Positions 1 to 15,075 of a DNA stretch of 64,000 bases are shown one piece after another (position 1 is the stretch's first letter; the number at the start of each line of letters is the position of its first letter). This DNA comes from the human T2T-CHM13v2.0 reference genome, Homo sapiens. Where the stretch lies: the NCBI RefSeq assembly GCF_009914755.1, contig NC_060931.1; one strand, written 5' to 3'. Below the pieces are notes generated by a model. It was given only the letters and a program-made list of their open reading frames with translations. It had not been told where the DNA came from and made no database searches. Made by a program: the position numbers and the translations under genes.

Positions 1-1233
1 CCTGTAACTGTAAAATTTCTCGAGACAAAATATCCATTGCATTGGTCTGGGAGATGATTTTTTTTTTTTTTTTAGATATAACACCAAAAGCAAAAAACAA
101 AAGCAAAACCAGATAAATGGTATTACATTACACTAAGTAGCTCTGTACAGCCAAGGAAACAATCAACACAGTGAAGAGACACCTTATAGAATGGGAAATT
201 ATATTTCCAATCTGTTATGTCTCATAAGGGGTTAATATTTAAAATATATGAGAAAATCAAATAATAGTAAGAAAACAACTGAATTAAAAAATGGGCAAAG
301 GATCTAAACAGACATTTCTCAAAAGAAGGCATACAAATGGCCAATGGGTATATGAAAAACTGTTCAATATCACTAATCATTAGAGAAATGCAAATTAAAT
401 TAAATCCACAATGAGATATCACCCAACACATGTTAGGCTATTAGAAAGAAGATGAAAGATAACAAGTGTTGGCAAGAGAGTGGAATAAAAGGAACTCATA
501 CACTGTTGATGGGACTGTAAATTAGTAGAGCCATATGTTAAACAGTATGGAGCTTCCTCAAAAAAGTAAAAACAGAACTACTATATCTTTCAGTAATCCC
601 AATACTGGGTATATATCCAAAGGAAATGAAATCAGTATGTGAAAGATTTCTGCACTACGATATTCATTGTAGGATTATTCCCAACAGACAAGCTATCAAA
701 TCCACATAAGTGTCCATGAATGGATTAATGGATAAAGAAAATGTGATATATGTCCACAGTGGAATACTGTGAGTTGTTAAAAAAAAAAAAAAGATATCCT
801 GTCATCGTTGATAACATGAAGGAAACTGCAGGATGTTATGTTAAGTGAAAAGTCAGGTACAGAAAGATAAATATGGCATGATTTCACTTACATGTGAAAT
901 CTACAAAACTTAAGTTCATAGAAGTAGAGAGTAGAACGGTGGTTACCAGGGGCTGGTGGGGGAGAGATGGAGAGATGTTGGTCAAAAGATACAAAATTTC
1001 AGTTAGGAAGAGTAAATCCATGAGATATATTGTGTGACAGGATGGCTATAGTTAGTGTAATGTACTGTATTCTTAAAAATTGCTAAGAAACTACATTTTA
1101 AGAATTTTTACCACAAAATAATAAGTATGTGAGGTAATGTGTATATTAATAAGCTCAATTTTGCTAGTGCACAATGTGTGCATATTTTAAAACATGTTGC
1201 ACACAATATATACAATTTTTGTCAAATAAATAA
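1..1233 (+). mobile_element. Old L1 (L1MA-type) ORF2 end and 3'UTR
   Basis: L1 ORF2 C-terminal motifs (aacagacatttctcaaaagaag, atcactaatcattagagaaatgcaaatt), L1MA-style 3'UTR (gaagtagagagtagaacggtggttaccagggg), A-rich end near 1225. Confidence 0.85.
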
Positions 1234-3529
1234 TGTTTGCATGGGCAGAGGCCCAAGACTGGAGATAAAATTGGTTTGTACTTTAAAGAAAAGAGAAATG
1301 AGGAAAGCCTGAACCTGTAAGCACATCCAAAATAACTCAGGCTGTAGCCCATTTACCCCAGATCAGTAAGATTCTCTCCCAAGTGCCAACATAAAATGAA
1401 ATTTCCTAAATGCAACCTGGGGGTAGTGGGCATATTAGATCTGCCTTATATTTGAGTAGGTGAAGTAAAAGTTGAGACTATAACATTAATCTAGGAGTAA
1501 GGTTTTTATCACAGGAGTTACCATCAATGCCTGATAAATTATTGAATTAACATTGGCGGAATACACTAGGATTGGTAAACATAGGCACATTGTTTCTTAT
1601 AGAGTCTCCTAGTATAATGAGGTTCTGAATCACTGGTTTTCTTAATTCTCCATCCATTCAGTCAGCTGTCTCAGTATACTTCCCAGAAAAATGAGGCAGA
1701 GCTTTTATCCCCAGTTAAATTATTTGAAGTCAGTTTCTTTTTCTATTAAGGAATTACGTGTCATGCAATTATAAAGAAAGTCCATTTGTTGAAAAGATAA
1801 ACTTTAGAGTTCACTTGACGTAGCTTTTTGGAGAATATTTTGCTTTTTCCATTGGCTGTAAGGCCAATAGTACAGAGTCTCCTGAAACATTTAGAAGTTT
1901 GTTTATGTAAACTGACACTCTAGAAGGGGAGATGGGAAATAGACAACATGTGAACTTCCCAAAGCTGGAAATAGTCTGCAGAGTGTATCAGGAGTTTATA
2001 CATCAGATTCACTACAGGCAGGAATCAGAGGACCTCTGGGAACTCTGAAGCCCTCTTGAGAAGATTACTTTAGCTCAGATAACCTCAAAACTGAAATGTG
2101 GATTTTATATTCATTTCTTGTCTAACACAGACAACATCAATAAAGATATACCTTGTCAAAGATGATGTCAGCCTTGAAGACAAAGATTTGACATGATTTC
2201 AAAGAAATGTCTTAGAGAATTCTGGGTTTCCTCGGCACAAGCCATGCTTATCTTGAGAAGTGGCCATGAAAATTCACTGTTTGTGTTTGTTAATGCATAC
2301 TTTTGTGAGTCTGGATTTTCTGCAGCCTGCTGTCAAAGAGAAAAATGGTCAAAATTAATTGTCAATAATTTCAAGTGTATTGCCATGTGAAAGACCACTC
2401 ACCAATTCAAAACACTATTTATATTCACTACAGTAGTCTTCATAATAAAAGATACTAGGAACAAAATTAAATTTTAATTTATATAAGTTAATTATATAAA
2501 AGTTAAATATAGCTCTGTTTTAAAATGAAATAGATATGTTTGCAGTAAACTAATTAAAGACAATTTCTGAAGTATAATTTTAGGGTTTTCATTTTGTGAA
2601 AGAAATTTCTAATGCAATAAGATGATTTCAGGTAAACTTAAATGTAAGTGTTGATATGTATTGAATGAAGCAGCGATAGAAGAGGATGATAGATTTCTTT
2701 AGTCTTAAGTCTATGGCTCTAAAAGTTTGAGTCACTTTTATATGGTTCACATTTGTTTATATTTTTCAATAACTAGCAATATATACATGCTACATGCAGG
2801 TATTATAAGTTATTTAATTTTTTTGATGATCAAGTCTTCTGAATTAAATCATTTAAAAAGAAGACTGACATTTTTATGTCCCTTTAAGATTGGAGTCTGA
2901 CCTATTTCCTCTTAATTGAATATATTCTTTGCTTTTCATTTATGGATAAGTACATTTTAAAAATATATATTGTCTTTGAAGAATTATTTTTGTATTTAGC
3001 TCCCACTTATTCACCATATTTATTAAAATTGTTAAAATGTCTCAAGATTCATCTGCTATTTCTTTTAATTATCCTGTTCTTAAATATTTTATTTTTATAT
3101 ACTGAGAATATGTCAAGTATTTTAGTCATTTTTATATCTGAGAAGACCTTACAGTAGTTCTCAAACATAAATGACATTCTGGCTGCAAATGAAATTCTTA
3201 TTTTATAGCATTTTACTCTTAACATGCAGTAAATTCTATGATTTCATGTTCTATCACTGTCTTCAGTTTCAGTCTGATTTGTGTTTAATTTCAAATAATT
3301 TTTGCCCTTTTAAAAACTTATATTGTAGAATAATATAAATAACATTTATATTGTTTTATTTAATGCAGAAATATATGCCAAGTTTTACTAATATTTCATA
3401 GCCAAAATTCATTTTTTTGCATAGTTGGGTATGTTTTGCTAACAGGCTGAAGGTTTTTGTGTTTGGTCTTGTTAGAGCATTCTTTATGACTTTTGTGTAA
3501 TTTTAATACTTTATCAATAACTACTATTT

Positions 3530-5756
3530 ACAAACACTTTTTATAGCTTTATGGGGTAAAAATGCCACTTTGTTACATGGATATATTGTGTAGTGGTGAA
3601 TTCTGTGCTTTTTTGCATAACCATCGAAATTACTTAGTGTACATTGTACTACTTAAGTAATTTCTCATTCCTCACCGCCTCCCACCCTCCAATCCTTCCA
3701 AGTCTCCAATGTCTATTATTCCATTTTCTATGTCTATAGGTACACATTATATAGTTCCCACTTACAAGTGAGAACATATGGTATTTGACTTTCTGAGTTA
3801 TTTCAGTTAAGATAATGGCCTCCAGTTCTATCCATGTTGCTGTAAAAGACATGATTTCATTCTTCTTTTATTATTTTATTGTTTTTTTATGGCTGAGTAG
3901 TATTCCATGGTGTGTGTGTGAGTGTGTGTGTGTATATATATATATACATATATATCCTCATTTTCATTATTCAGTAATCTGTTGATGGACACTTAAGTTG
4001 ATTCCATATCTTTGCTATTGTGAATAGTGCTGCTATAAACATACGGGTGCAGGTATCTTTTTGATATAATGACTTATTTTCCTTTGGGTATATACCCAAT
4101 GGTGGGATTGCTGGATCAAATGCTAGATCTACTTTTAGTTTTTTGATAAATTTTCATACTGTTTTCCTTAGAGGTTATACTAATTTACATTCCCACTAAC
4201 CGTGTGTAAGCATTCCCTTTTCTCCACGTACTCACCAACATCTGTTATTTTTTGATGTTTTAATAACAGCTATTCTGACTGATGGCATCTTGATGTGGCT
4301 TTAATTTGCATTTCTCTGATAAGTGATGTTGAGCATTTTTTCATACCCTTGTTGGACATTTGTATGTTTTCTCTTGAAAAATTTATGTTCATGTCATTTG
4401 TCAATTTTTTAATGGGGTATGTTGTTCTTGTTAAATTCCTTGTAGACTCTGGATATTATTCCTTTGTTGTATACATAGCTTGCAAATATTTTCTCCCATT
4501 CTGAAGGTTTTCTGTTCACTCTGTCAATCATCTTATTTCCTGTGTAGAAGCCTTTTAGTTTAATTAACTTCTTCTTGTCTATATTTGTTGTTGTTGTCTT
4601 CTGAGATTTTCGTCATAAATTATTTGCCTAGGCCAATATCCAAAGGGTTTTTCTTCGCTTTACTTATAGAATTTTTATACTTTTAGGTCTTACATTTAAA
4701 CCTTTAATTCATTTTGAGTTAATATTTGTATATGGTGAGAAACAGGAATCCAGTTTCATTCTTTCGCATATAGCAATCCCAATTTCCCAGCACCATTTAT
4801 TGAATTCGGGTATCATTTACCTAGTGCATGTTTTTGTTGACTTTGTCAAACATAAGTTGAGTGTAGGTGTGTGGCTTTATTTCTGGGTTCTCCAATCCAT
4901 TCCCTTGATCTATATGTCTATTTTTATACCAGTACTATGCTATTTTAGTTATCATAGCCTTATACTGTAATTCGAAGTTAATGTAGGGATACTTCTGGCT
5001 TTGTTCTTTTTGCTTAGGATTGTTATGGCTACTGGGGTTTCTTTTAGGTTCCATATGTATATTTAGAGTGTTTTACTAATTTTGTGAAAAATGATGTTGA
5101 TATATTTATAGGAATTGTATTAAATATGTAGATTGCCTTGGGAAGTATAATCATTTTAACAATATTGATTCTTCAGATCCAGGAACATGGGATGTTTTTT
5201 CATTTGTGTCATCTATTAATATAATTTATTTTATCAGTGTTTTGTAGTTTCCTTCTAGAGATCTTATTTTTTACCTCCTTGGTTAAATATATTCATATGT
5301 ATTTTATTTTCTCTTTTGTAGCTATTAAAAAGAAGATTGACTTCTTGATTTGGTTCTTAGCTTGATTGTTATTGGGATATAGAAATGCTACTGATTTTTG
5401 AATGTTGATTTTGTATCCTGAGACTTTAGTGAAATCATTTATCAAATCTAAGAGTCTTTTTGAGAAGTCGTTAGGGTGTCCTAGGTATAAGATCATATCA
5501 TCACTACACAGATAATTTGAAGTCCTCCTTTCCAATTTGGATGCCTTATTTTTTCTTTCCCTTGTCTGATTCCTCTCGATAGGCTAGTACTATGTTGAAT
5601 ACGAGTGGTGAAAGAGGGTATCCTTGTCTTATTACAGGTATTAGGGGGAATGCTTTCAGCTTTTCCACAATCAGTATGAAGTTGGATGTGGGCTTGTTGT
5701 ATATAACTTTTATTATTTCAGGAATGTTTCTTATATACCTAGTTTGTTGAGGGCTT
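3530..5756 (-). mobile_element. L1 3' portion (L1PB4/L1MA-like) with internal (TG)n(TA)n
   Basis: Antisense L1 3'UTR; RT remnant in ORF 5293-5535 (DDMILYL...KVSGYKINIQKS). Confidence 0.85.
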
Positions 5757-6770
5757 TCTAAAAAATTTCAACGGTTTTGGGGGTACTTTTTAAGTTCTTT
5801 AGTGGTGATTTCTGAGGTCTTGGTGTGCCCATCACCTGAGCAGTATACACTGTATCTAATTTGTAATCTTTTATTTCTCATCCCCTCCCACCCTTCCCCC
5901 AAGTCCGCAAAGTCCATTACATTATTCTTACGCCTTTGCATCCTCATAGTTTAGCTCCCACATAAAAGTGAAAACATACAGTATTTGGTTTTCCATTCCT
6001 GAGTTACTTCACTTAGAATGATGGCCTGCAGCTCCATTCAAGTTGCTGCAAAGGCCATTACTTTGTTGGCCTTTGTATTTTTTTTTTAACTGAGTAGTAT
6101 TCCATGATGTATATATACCACAATTTCCTTATCCACTTGTTGGTTGATGGGCCTTTAGGTTGGTTCCATATTTTTGCAAACTGCAAATTGTGCTGCTATA
6201 AATATGCAAGTGCATGTGTCTTTTTCATATAATGATTTCTTTTCCTTTGGGTAGAAACTCAGTAGTGGGATTGCTGGATTGAATGGTAGTTCTACTTTTA
6301 ATTCTTTAAGGAATCTCAATACTGTTTTCCATACAGATTTTAGTAGTTTACATTCTGACCAGCAGTGTAAAGGGGTTCCTTTTACACCACATCCACACCA
6401 GCAACTATTATTATTTTATTTTTTAATTATGGCCATTCTTGCAGGAGGAAGGAGGTATGTCACTGTGGTTTTAATTTGCATTTCCCTGATAATTAGTGAT
6501 GTTGAGAATTTTTTTCATCTATGTTAGCTGTTTGTATATCTTTTTTTTTGAGAGTTGTCTATTCATGTCTTTTGCCCACTTTTTAATGGGATATTTTTTT
6601 CTTGCTGATTTGTTTGAGGGCCTTGTAGATTCTGGATGTTAGTCCTTTGTCAGATGCATAGTTTATAAATCTTTTCTCCCACTCTGTGGGCTGTTTACTC
6701 TGCTGATTATTTCTTTTGCTGTGCAGAAGCTTTTTAGTTTTAATTAGGTTCCATCTATTGCTTTTGGGTT

Positions 6771-7104
<334 letters not shown>

Positions 7105-8409
7105 GCTTTTGAGTTCTTAATCATGAATTTTTTGACTAAACCAATGTGTAGAAGAGTTTTTCCAATGTCATCTTCTAGAATTTTTATGATTTCATAACTT
7201 AGATTTAAGTTGTTGATCCATCTTGAGTTGGTTTTTGTATAAGGTGAGACATGAAGATCCAGTTTCATTCTTCTACATGTGGCTTGCCAGTTTTCCCAGC
7301 ACCATTTTCCCTGCTTTGTTTTTGTATGCTTTGTCAAAGATCTGTTGGCTGTAAGTATCTGGCTTTATTTCTGGGTTCTCTATTCTGTTCCATTGGTCTA
7401 TGTGCCTATTTGTATTCCAGTACCATGCTGTTTTGTTAACTGTACTCTTGTAGTATAATTTGAAGTCAAGTCATGTGATGCCTCCAAATTTGTTCTTTTT
7501 GCTTAGTATTGCTTTGGCTATGTGGGCTCTTTTTTAGTTTCATACGACTTTTAGGGTTGTTTTTCTAGTTCTGTGAAGAATGATGATGGTATTTTAATGA
7601 GAAATGCATTGAATCTGTATACTGCTTTGGGCAGTATGGTCATTTTCACAATATTGATTCTACCCACCATGAACATGGGATGTGTTTCCATTTGTTTGTG
7701 TTGTCTATTATTTCTTTCAGCAGGGTTTTGTAGTTTTCCCTGTAGAGGTTTTTCACCTCCTTGGTTAAGTATATTTCTCTAAGTTTTTTTTTCTTTCAGC
7801 TGTTGTGAAAGGGGTTGAGTTCTTGATTTGATTCTCAGCTTGGTCGCTGTTGGTGTATAGCAGAGCCACTGATTTGTGTACATTAATTTTGTATCCTGAA
7901 ATATTGCTGTATTCATTTACCAGTTCTAGGAGCCTTTTGGATGAGTCTTTAGGGTTTTCTAAGTATACACATATTATCAGCAAACAGCAACACTTTGACT
8001 ACCTCTTTACCAATTTATTTCTTTAGTCTAATTGCTCTGGCTGGGATTTCCAGCACTATGTTGAATAGAAGTGGTAAAAGTAGGCATCCTTGTCTTGTTC
8101 CACTTCTCAGGGGGAATGCTTTCAACATTTCCCCATTCAGTATAATGTTGGCTGTGGGTTTCATGTAGATGGCTTTTATCACCTTAAGGTATATCCTTTC
8201 TATGCTGATTTTGCTGAGGGTTTTCATCATAAAGGGATGATGGATTTTGTCATATGCTTTTTCCGTGTCTATTGAGATGATCATGTGATTTTTGTTTTAA
8301 ATTCTGTTTTTGTGGTGTATTACACACATGATGTTAAACCATCCCTGCATCCCTGGTATAAGACCCACTGATCATGGTGAATTATCTTTTTAATATGCTG
8401 TTGGATTCA

Positions 8410-8556
<147 letters not shown>

Positions 8557-10371
8557 CTATCATTTGGAATAGTGTCAATAGGATTGGTACCAGTTCTTCT
8601 TTGAATGTCTGATAGAATTCAGCTGTGAGTCCATCTGGTCCTGGACTTTTTGGTGGCAGTTTTTTTTATTACCATTTCAATCTCACTGTTATTGGTTTGT
8701 TCAGAGATTCTGTATCTTCCTGCTTTCAGCTAGAAGGGTGGTATATTTCCAGGAATTCATCCATCTCTAGGTTTTATAGTTTATGCTCCCTTGTAAAAGT
8801 GTTCCCAGTAGCCTTGAATAATCCTCTGTATTCTGTGGTATCAGTTGTAATACCTCCTGTTTCATTTCTAATTGACTCTTATTTGGATCTTCTCTCTTCT
8901 TTTCTTGGTTAATCTCACTAACGGTCTATCATTTTTTCTTCCCAAAACAACAGATTTTTGTTCATCTTTTGTATCTTTTTGTTTCAATTTCATTTAGTTC
9001 TGCTCTGATTTTTGTAATTTCTTTTCTTCTGCTGGGTTGGGGTTTGGTTTGTTCTTGTTTCTCTAGTTCCTTGAGGTGTGAGCTTTGATTGTCTACTTGT
9101 GCTTTTTCACTTTTCGATGTAGGCATTTAATGCTATGAACTTTCCTCTTAGCACTGCTTTTACTGTATCCCAGAGATTTTGATAGGTTGTGTCACTATTA
9201 TTGTTCAGTACAAATAATTTTTTAATTTCCATCTTGATTTCATTATTGATCCAAAGATTATGTAGGAGCAGCTTATTTAATTTCGATGTATTTGTATAGT
9301 TTATTAGGTTCCTTTTGGAGTTAATTTCCAATTTGATTCCATTGTGGTCTATGAGAGTACTTGATAAAATTTTGATTTTCTTAAATTTATAGAGAGTTGT
9401 TTTGTGGCCTATCATGCAGTCTATCTCTGAGACTGTTCTTTGTGCTGATGAAAAGAATGTACTTTCTGCAGTCGGTTGGGTAGAATGTTCTGTATCTGTT
9501 AAGTCCATTTGTTCCAGGGTATAGTTTAAGTCAATTGATTCTTTATTGACTTTCTGTCTTGATGACCTGTCTAGTGCTCTCAGTGGAGTATTGAATACTT
9601 CCACTATTATTGTGTTGCCATAGCTCATTTTTAGGTCTAGTAGTAATTGTTTTATAAATTTGGGAGCTCCAGTGTTAAATGCATATATATTTAAGATAGT
9701 GATATTTTCCTGTTGGACTAATCCTTTCATCATTATATAATGTCCCTATTTGCCCTTTTTAATTGTTGTTGCTTTAAAGTCTGTTGTATCTGATAAAAGT
9801 ATAGATACTCTTGCTCACTTTTGTTTGCCATTGGCATGGAGTATCTTTTTCCACCCCTTCACCTTATGTGAGTCCTTATATATTATGTGAATCTCTTAAA
9901 GACAGCAAATACTTGTTGGTGAATTTTTCTTCATTCTGCCATTCTTTTAAGTAGAGAATTTAGGCCATTTACACTCAGCATTAGTATTGAGATATGAGGT
10001 AGTATTCTATTCTTCATGCTAGTTGTTGCATGAATAACTTTTTTTTTCATTGTTTTATTGTTTTACAGGCCCTGTAGAACATGCTTTAGGGAGGTTCTAT
10101 TTTGGTGTATTTTAAGGTTTTGTTTCAAGATTTAGAACTCCTTTTAACATTTCCTGCAGTACTAGCTTGGCAGTGGTGAATTCTCTCAGGAATTGTTTGT
10201 CTAAAAGAGACTTTACCCCTCCTTCATTTATGAATCTCAGTTTGGCTGGACACAAAATTCTTGGCTGATAATTTTGTTTCAGGAGTTTAAAGATAAGACC
10301 CCAATTCCTGCTGGATTGTAGGGTTTCTGCTGAGAAATCTGCCATTAATCTGATAGGTTGTCCTTTAAGGT

Positions 10372-10831
10372 TAATGGAGGAGACCACCCCTCATATTGTC
10401 TTATGCCCAATTTCTGCCTCCAAAGAAAGAAGAAGTAAAAACTAAAATGCAGAAATGAAATCCACAGGCAGACAGCCTAGTGCCACGCCCTAAGCCTGGT
10501 TAAAGATCGACCCCTAACCTAACCGGTTATGTTACCTATAGATTCCAGACATTGTATGGAAAAGCATTGTGAAAATCCCTGTCCTGTTCTGTTCCATTCT
10601 GATTACTGGTGCATGCAGCCCCCAGTCATGTACCCCCTGCTTGCTCAATTGATCATGACCCTCTCACACAGACCCCCTTAGAGTTGTAAGCTCTTAAAAG
10701 GGACAGGAATTGCTCACTTGGGGAGCTCAGTTTTTGGAGACGTGAGTCTTGCCGAAGCTCCCGGCTGAATAAAGCCCTTCCTTCTTTAACTCAGTGTCTG
10801 AGGAGTTTTGTCAGCGGCTTGTCCTGCTACA
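10372..10831 (+). mobile_element. Solo LTR2 (HERV-E family), complete
   Basis: Starts taatggaggagaccacccctcatattg, ends gtcctgctaca; AATAAA at 10768-10773; perfect 4-bp TSD AGGT (10368-10371, 10832-10835). Confidence 0.88.
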
Positions 10832-12910
10832 AGGTTGCCTGATGCTTTTGCCTCACAGTTCTTAAGATTCTTTCCTTTGTCTTGAATTTAGATAACCCAA
10901 TGACTATGTGCCTAGGTGATGATCTTTTTGTGATAAATTTCCCAGGTGTTCTTTGAGCTTCTTATGTTTGGATGTCTAGATCTCTAGCAAGGCCAGGGAA
11001 ATTTTCAATTATTCCCTCAAGATATTTTTCCAAATTTTTAGATACTCTTCTTCCTCAGCAACAACAATTATTCTTTGGTTTGGCAGTTTAACATAATCCC
11101 AGACTTCTTGGAGGCTTTGTTCATTTCTTCAAATTCTTTTCTCTTTGTGTTTGTCAGATTGTGTTAATTGGAAAGCCTTGTCTTCGAGCTCTCAAGTCCT
11201 TTCTTCTACTTTAATTCTATTGTTGAAACTTTACAGCATAATTTGCATTTTTCTAGGTGTGTCTTTTATTTCCAGAAGTTGTGATTGTCTTTTCTCTGTG
11301 ATATCTATTTCTCTGGACACTTTTTCAACAATATTCTGTATTTTTTTAAATTTCTCTAAGTTAGTTTTCACCTTTCTCGGGTGTTTCTTTGAGTAGCTTA
11401 CTAATCAACCTTCTGGATTATTTATCTGGCAATTCAGAGAGTTCTTCTTGTTTTAGATCCATTGGTGGAGAGCTACTATGATCTTTTGGGGTGTTGTAGA
11501 ACCTTGTTTTATCGTATTACCAGAATTACTTTTCTGGTTCCTTCTCATTTGGGTAGACTGTTTCAGTGGAAAGATCTGGAATTCAAGGGCTGCTGTTCAT
11601 ATTATGTTGTCCCACAAGGTGATCCCTTGATGTGGTGCTCTCCCTCTTCCCCTAGGAATGGAGCTTCCTGAGGGCCAGACTGCAGTGATTGTTATTGCCC
11701 TTTTGGGTCTAGCCACCCAGTGAGCTACTGTGCTCCAGACTAGTGCTGGGGAATGTCTGCAAAGAGTCCTGTGATGTGATCCATCTTCAGGTCTCCCAGC
11801 CATGGATATCAGCACCTGCTCTGGTGGAAGTGGGAGGGGAGTGGAGTGGCCTCTGTGGGAGTTCTTGGTTATAGTTTCGTTTAGTGTGCTGGTTTTCTTG
11901 AATGCTAATTATGGTAGCAGTGAAGTTGTCACACAGACAGACTCAGGACCTTTGGTTATTCAGGGTGCTGCAGGCTGTGGAATTAGCGATTGTTTTCTCC
12001 TTCTTTGGAGCAAGGTTGTTCTGAGTTGCTGTAATGGCTTGGGTTGGTTGGCCTCCAGCCAGGAGGTGGTAATTTCAAGACAGCACCAGCTGTGTTAGTA
12101 GAATGGGGATATAATCTTGCCCTACTTTGGCCAGGATGAGTACTTGGGTTCCACACGTGATGGGCAAGACCATAGAGCTCCCAAGAGTTTGTCTTTTGTC
12201 TTCAGCTACCAGGGTAGGTAGAGAAAAACCATGAAGTGGAAACAGGGTTAGATGAGTCTAAGCTCAGATTGTCCTTGAGCGGGGCTTGCTGCAGCCACTG
12301 AGGGAATATGAGGGTGGTTCTTAGGCCAGTGGAGTTACGTTCCCTTTGGGGATTATGGCTGCATTTGCTGCATCATACAGGTCACCTGGGAAGTTGGGGA
12401 AAGCCAGTTATGACAGGCCTCACCCAGCTCCCATGCAGCCAGCAAGGCAAGTCTCCCTCCCACCATGCCCCGCTAACCACACTGACTGTATACCCAGGCA
12501 GCTGGCCAGCAATGTTGAGATCTTGCCATAGTCTACAAGCCTCCCCAGTGAGAAAGCAAAAAGGGCTCTCAGATCTCACCCCTTCCTGCCTGCCTTCACT
12601 GTTGGCTGTGGCTTCTGTGATTATATCTGCACTTCCCATTCATCCTCACAGGATTCTGTTCAGGAAAATTTGTGCTCAATTGAAATAATTATAAAGTTCA
12701 GCAATGAGATTCCTTCACCCTCCAGGTCCTCCCAAGTTCCACAGTCTGCCTTCCTTTCCACAAGGACCTCTGTGAGAAAAGGCCAGGAATGACTTCCCTG
12801 AGTTTGAGCTGGGGACCAGGAGTTCCTATAGGGCTTTTCCTGCTGTGGCTTCTACTTTTATGTTTTTCTTGACTCCCTAAATCTGTTTCAACTCTAGGTA
12901 AGCTTAAATC

Positions 12911-13374
12911 TGTGAACCACAAATATCTGAGACAGGTCCCAGTCAATTTTGAAAGTTTATTTTGCCAAGGTTAAGGGTATGTGCCTATGGCACAGACTCA
13001 GGGGGTCCTGATGAAATGTGTCCTGTGTGGTAGGGGCACAGCTTAGCTTTATACATTTTAAAGAGACATGAGATATCAATCAAGATATATAAGATGAACA
13101 TTGGTTCAGTCTGGAAAGGCAGGGCAGCTCAAAGCAAAGGTGGGACAACTTCAAGAAAGGAGGGGGCTTCCAGGTCATAGGTAGATAAGACAAATGATTG
13201 CATTCTTTTGAGTTCTGTTTAGTCTTTCCAAGGAAGCAATCAGATATGCATTTATCTCAGTGAGCAGAGGGATGACTTTGAATAGAATTGGAGGCACGTT
13301 TGCCCTAAGCAGTTCCCAGCTTGACTTTTCCCTTTAGCTTAGTGATTTTGGGGTCCCAAGACTTTTTTTTCACA
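12911..13374 (-). mobile_element. Solo MER4A1-like LTR (ERV1)
   Basis: TG...CA ends; minus strand reads tcttgggaccccaaaatcactaagctaaagggaaaagtcaagctggg; TSD aatc/agtc. Confidence 0.82.
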
Positions 13375-13587
13375 AGTCCTTCTCCTATGATCTATATTTT
13401 CAGTTTCCCCAGTTGGGATGTGTGTTTGGAGGCCAACTTTTCTCCCTGTCACACTTTGGAAACTCAGTTTTTCAGCTGTCTCAGAGTTTGCAGCAGCAAG
13501 CTGCTTCTTTCAGAGAGTCTGTGAATTTGTTCTATTTTCCTGGTATGTTCCCATGATGGTTCTTGGAGCAAAACTTTGGTGCACGTA

Positions 13588-13909
13588 TGTATTAGTCCGT
13601 TTTCATGTTGCTGATAAAGACATACCCAAGACTGGGTAATTTATAAACAGAAAGAGGTTAAATGGACTCAGTTCCATGTGGCTGGGGAGGCCTCACAATC
13701 TTGGCAGAAAAAGAAAGGCACATGCTACATGGCATCAGACAAGAGATAAAAGACAGCCAAATGAAAGGAGTTTCCCCTTATGAAACCATCATATCTCATG
13801 AAACTTACTACCATGAGAACAGTATGGGGGAAATCGCCCTCATGATTGAATTATCTCCCACCAGGTCCCTCCCATAACACATGGGTGGAGGCACAGCCAA
13901 ACCACATCA
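13588..13909 (-). mobile_element. THE1 (MaLR) solo LTR
   Basis: tgtattagtccgttttc...gccaaaccacatca; 5-bp TSD acgta/acata. Confidence 0.9.
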
Positions 13910-15075
13910 ACATATATTTAAAATCATTATATCTTCTTGCTGAATTGAACCCTTTATCATTATATAGTGATATTCTTGGTTGCTAATTATAATCTTGACT
14001 TCTATTTTGTCTGATATCAGTATAGCTGCTTCTGCTCTTTTTTGGTTTCCATTTCCATGGAATGTTGGTTTTCATCTCTTTATTTGTAGTCTTTGTGCTT
14101 CGAAAGGTGAAATGTGTTTCTTGTAGGCAACAGATTGGCCATTTTGTTTATTTGTTTTGTTTTGTTTTGGTTCATTCAGCCACACTATGTCTTTAGATTA
14201 AAGAGGTTAGTCCATTTACATTCAATGCTATTGTTGATAAGTAAGGACTTGCTCCTGCCTTTGATTTATTTGTTTTCTGATTGTTTTGTATTCTTCCCTT
14301 CCTGTCTGCCTGACCCCTCCCTCCCTCCCCTCTTTCTTTCCTTCCTTCCTTCTTTCCTTCTTTCCTTCCTTCTTTCCTTTCCTCCTTCCCCCCTTCCCTC
14401 CTTCCCTTCCTCCCTCCTGCCTTCCTTCCCTCCCTCCCTCCCTCCTTCCTTCCTTTTTTGCTACCTACCTTCCTTCCTTCCTACCTTTCTCCATTTATGT
14501 GAAGGTGGTTTTCTCTGGTGGTGTGTTTTAATTTCTTGCTTTACGTTTTTTTCCTATCTGTTGTAGAATTTTTGATTTGATGATACCATGAGGTTTACAA
14601 ATAACATCCTATAACCCATTATTTAAAACTGATTATGATATAACACCAATTGTAAAGAGAAAGTAAATAACATAAAAGTAAAAGAAAACTAATGAAAACT
14701 CTACGCTCTAACTTCAACTCTTCCTCCACCTTTTAACTTCTGTTGTTTCTATTTGTATCTCATTATACTGTCTATGTCTTGAAAAGTTGTTGTAGTTATT
14801 TTTGATAGGTTCATCTTTTAGTATTTCTACTCAAGATATAAGTAGCTTACACACCACAATTCAGCGTTATAATATTCTGTGTTTGTGTACTTATTATTAC
14901 CAGTGAGTTTTATACCTTTGGATGATTTCTTATTGCTTGTGAATATCCACATCTTTAACATTGAAGAGCTCCCTTTAGCATTTCTTAAAGGACAGTCTGG
15001 TATTGATGAAATCCCTTAGCTTTTGTTTGTATGGGAAAATTTTTATTTCTCCTTCATGTTTGAAGGATATTTTTA
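13910..15075 (-). mobile_element. Old L1M fragment (start of ORF2 and inter-ORF region)
   Basis: Antisense endonuclease-region sequence (gctgaattgaaccctttatcattatatagtga) and ORF1-end sequence. Confidence 0.7.
14292..14482 (+). repeat. (CCTT)n / CT-rich polypyrimidine tract
   Basis: ~190 bp of near-pure C/T; source of the LPSF-rich ORFs. Confidence 0.95.

Noticed and set aside
9107-9733. 208-aa endonuclease-like ORF
   Set aside because: Decayed L1PB ORF2 with the GDFN and SDH motifs altered (EVFN, IDH); not an intact element.
14114-14566. 150-aa hydrophobic, Pro/Ser-rich ORF
   Set aside because: Translation of the (CCTT)n tract.
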